A stretch of 64,000 bases of DNA from Octopus bimaculoides (lineage: Eukaryota): the NCBI RefSeq assembly GCF_001194135.2, contig NC_068991.1, forward strand, positions 74,288,810 to 74,352,809. Direction: 5' to 3'. This document shows positions 62,140 to 64,000 of the stretch, one piece after another. Under the pieces are notes generated by a model. That model worked only from the letters and a program-made list of their open reading frames with translations, was not told the origin of the DNA and made no database searches. Each line of letters opens with the position of its first letter. The stretch's first letter is position 1. The position numbers and the translations under genes were made by a program.

Positions 62140-63540
62140 CTACCACACTCGAATCTGAAAACTCCTCAGCTCAAAGTGAAAAAATTAAAAGAATTCCAGT
62201 CTCCAACAAAATGCCGATATAATACAAAAGACATTTGGATATCTGATTACTGTGAACTCATTAAGAATGATCATTATGTAACAACACACCACCGCCTTCT
62301 GAACTGAAAGGTACGCAACATCTCCAGATTAAACTGCCTAAGGCATTCACCCCAAACACTGATCAAAATACACTCTCCATAATTTTGATCCTGAATATTG
62401 AATTTAAACGCAACCTGCGTACCTTGTACCGTCCGAAACAGTGTTAAATTTCTCTTTTCACCGAGAAACCTTTCCAGTGATAGAAATAGGTTTTAGGAAA
62501 AAGATTCTATAAAAGGCCATTGCTTTAGATCAACACTGATTAATCATTCATCAATTTCATCAATCCACCAGTCCTGTCAGTATCAATACTTGGGCGTTGT
62601 GTGTCCTTAATCTTTATAGCTAACCTGATAAAACTGTGAAAATGAACCGTACCTCTTCGTTAACCACGCTTTCTGCACCGATAACATCGGCAAAAGAAAG
62701 TAATGCAGCCGCGGCTAATTTGAATGAAGACCTTTTCTAGCCTGAAGCCCAGAGCAGACGATCGGCAAGCAAAATTTCAACTATGAAAATATAAGGCTAT
62801 GATTTTATCAAGGAAAAGAAGAAGCTCATCAAACTGTACACTGCACTCTGGTGAAGACTACCTTTGATGAAGCGGTTGAGGTTGTGACTGCAACTGTAGC
62901 TAGCATAACTGTTCAGGTTTGGTCGGTAGGAAATATTACAGAAAGGCTGAACAAGAAAGGAAGAGCCACTGTTTAAAAATCCTAAACAATATGGAGTACT
63001 TCTGTGCATGTTAAACAACCGTTTCAGAAAACATTACAACTCATTGAATCTCAAAGAAAAATCTTTGTCAATAAAGTTGACAGGAACGATGTTACTGAAT
63101 AAATAAAATTTAAAAAAACAGCTCTTTATCAACAGATGCCAACAAAAGAGACGAGTTTCTGCAGCGACGGTGTTCTACAGGGCGCACAAATTGTATTTCA
63201 CGGACGTTTGAAATCTCATCGGAGATCGGAGTAGGTCTAGCGATGCTATGTGGAAGACACCATTTTATACGACTGGCTGGATTCATACCTGCATACAGCC
63301 TTTCAATTCTTGACGCCAAGCATACACTCCGAATAAGAATTTTCTGTATTCGATTTTGAGAATCTGACACGAATTTCCAGAAACTGCCACAATAACCATC
63401 GTGGCTTGTGGGATACAGGCTTTGAAAGGATGACTACAGAAACACCTTTTGTCATTCTCACCTGAAATTCAGAAACTCACCGATAGTTTCACATTGGAAG
63501 CTTACAATCGAAGATGATATTGCTTTCCAAGACGAAATGC
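62140..63540 (+). pseudogene. high-complexity decayed coding relic, family unassigned (probably transposon-derived)
   Basis: Stop-interrupted frame such as NCENEPYLFVNHAFCTDNIGKRK*...RPFLA*SPEQTIGKQNFNYENIRL*FYQGKEEAHQTVHCTLVKTTFDEAVEVV and EDTILYDWLDSYLHTAFQFL...CHNNHRGLWDTGFE. Confidence 0.4.
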
Positions 63541-63906
63541 TTATTCTACCACAGAAATAATTGCATGATATAATTCAACGCAGACAATAAATAGAGGAAC
63601 ACATATGCGTTCTCTCTCCCTCTCTCTCTCTCTCTCTTCCCTACTCTTTGTGTGTACGTGTGTGTGTGTGTTAAACAAGGAAGCAATATGTATTTTAAGA
63701 GGAAAAAAACTGAATATTTATGTCTTGATATACGTACAATCGTTCATGTACACAATTTCACACAGGGACACATATTTTACAAGCGCGCGCATACGCGTAC
63801 ACACACACAAGCACAAACACACACACACATACACACACATACACACACGCACACACACGCACACACGCACGCATATACACACACACTGTCTCTGACACAC
63901 ATATAC

Positions 63907-63954
<48 letters not shown>

Positions 63955-64000
63955 ATAGATAAATAGATAGATAGATAAAGGTTGAGGAAGCAGTTTCAGT

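Overview
Eukaryotic, AT-rich, short-read scaffold window with many N gaps and dense simple repeats (TA, GT, GA, TATC, ATT, GAT). It is most likely from an octopus or other cephalopod; this is inferred from the SINE families and microsatellite density, not from a database match. I recognise no intact protein-coding gene. Nearly all ORF-track entries are translations of microsatellites or N runs. The window looks like a large intron or intergenic region filled with three tRNA-type SINE families (working labels A, B, C) and decayed transposons: two mariners, a DD37D maT, a hAT with DUF4371-like and dimerisation domains, a Helitron Rep fragment, two RTE LINE fragments, a Tx1/L1 LINE, a CRE-like RLE fragment, several MITEs and several Penelope-like (PLE) traces. 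A few splice-flanked exon candidates exist; the best is a 42-nt phase-0 microexon at 25181-25222. The most interesting structure is a 391-bp palindromic PLE-like insertion at 7230-7620. It has an 11-bp target-site duplication, 139-bp inverted arms and a minimal type I hammerhead ribozyme on each strand. A second copy at 57633-57835 has lost both catalytic cores by central deletion.
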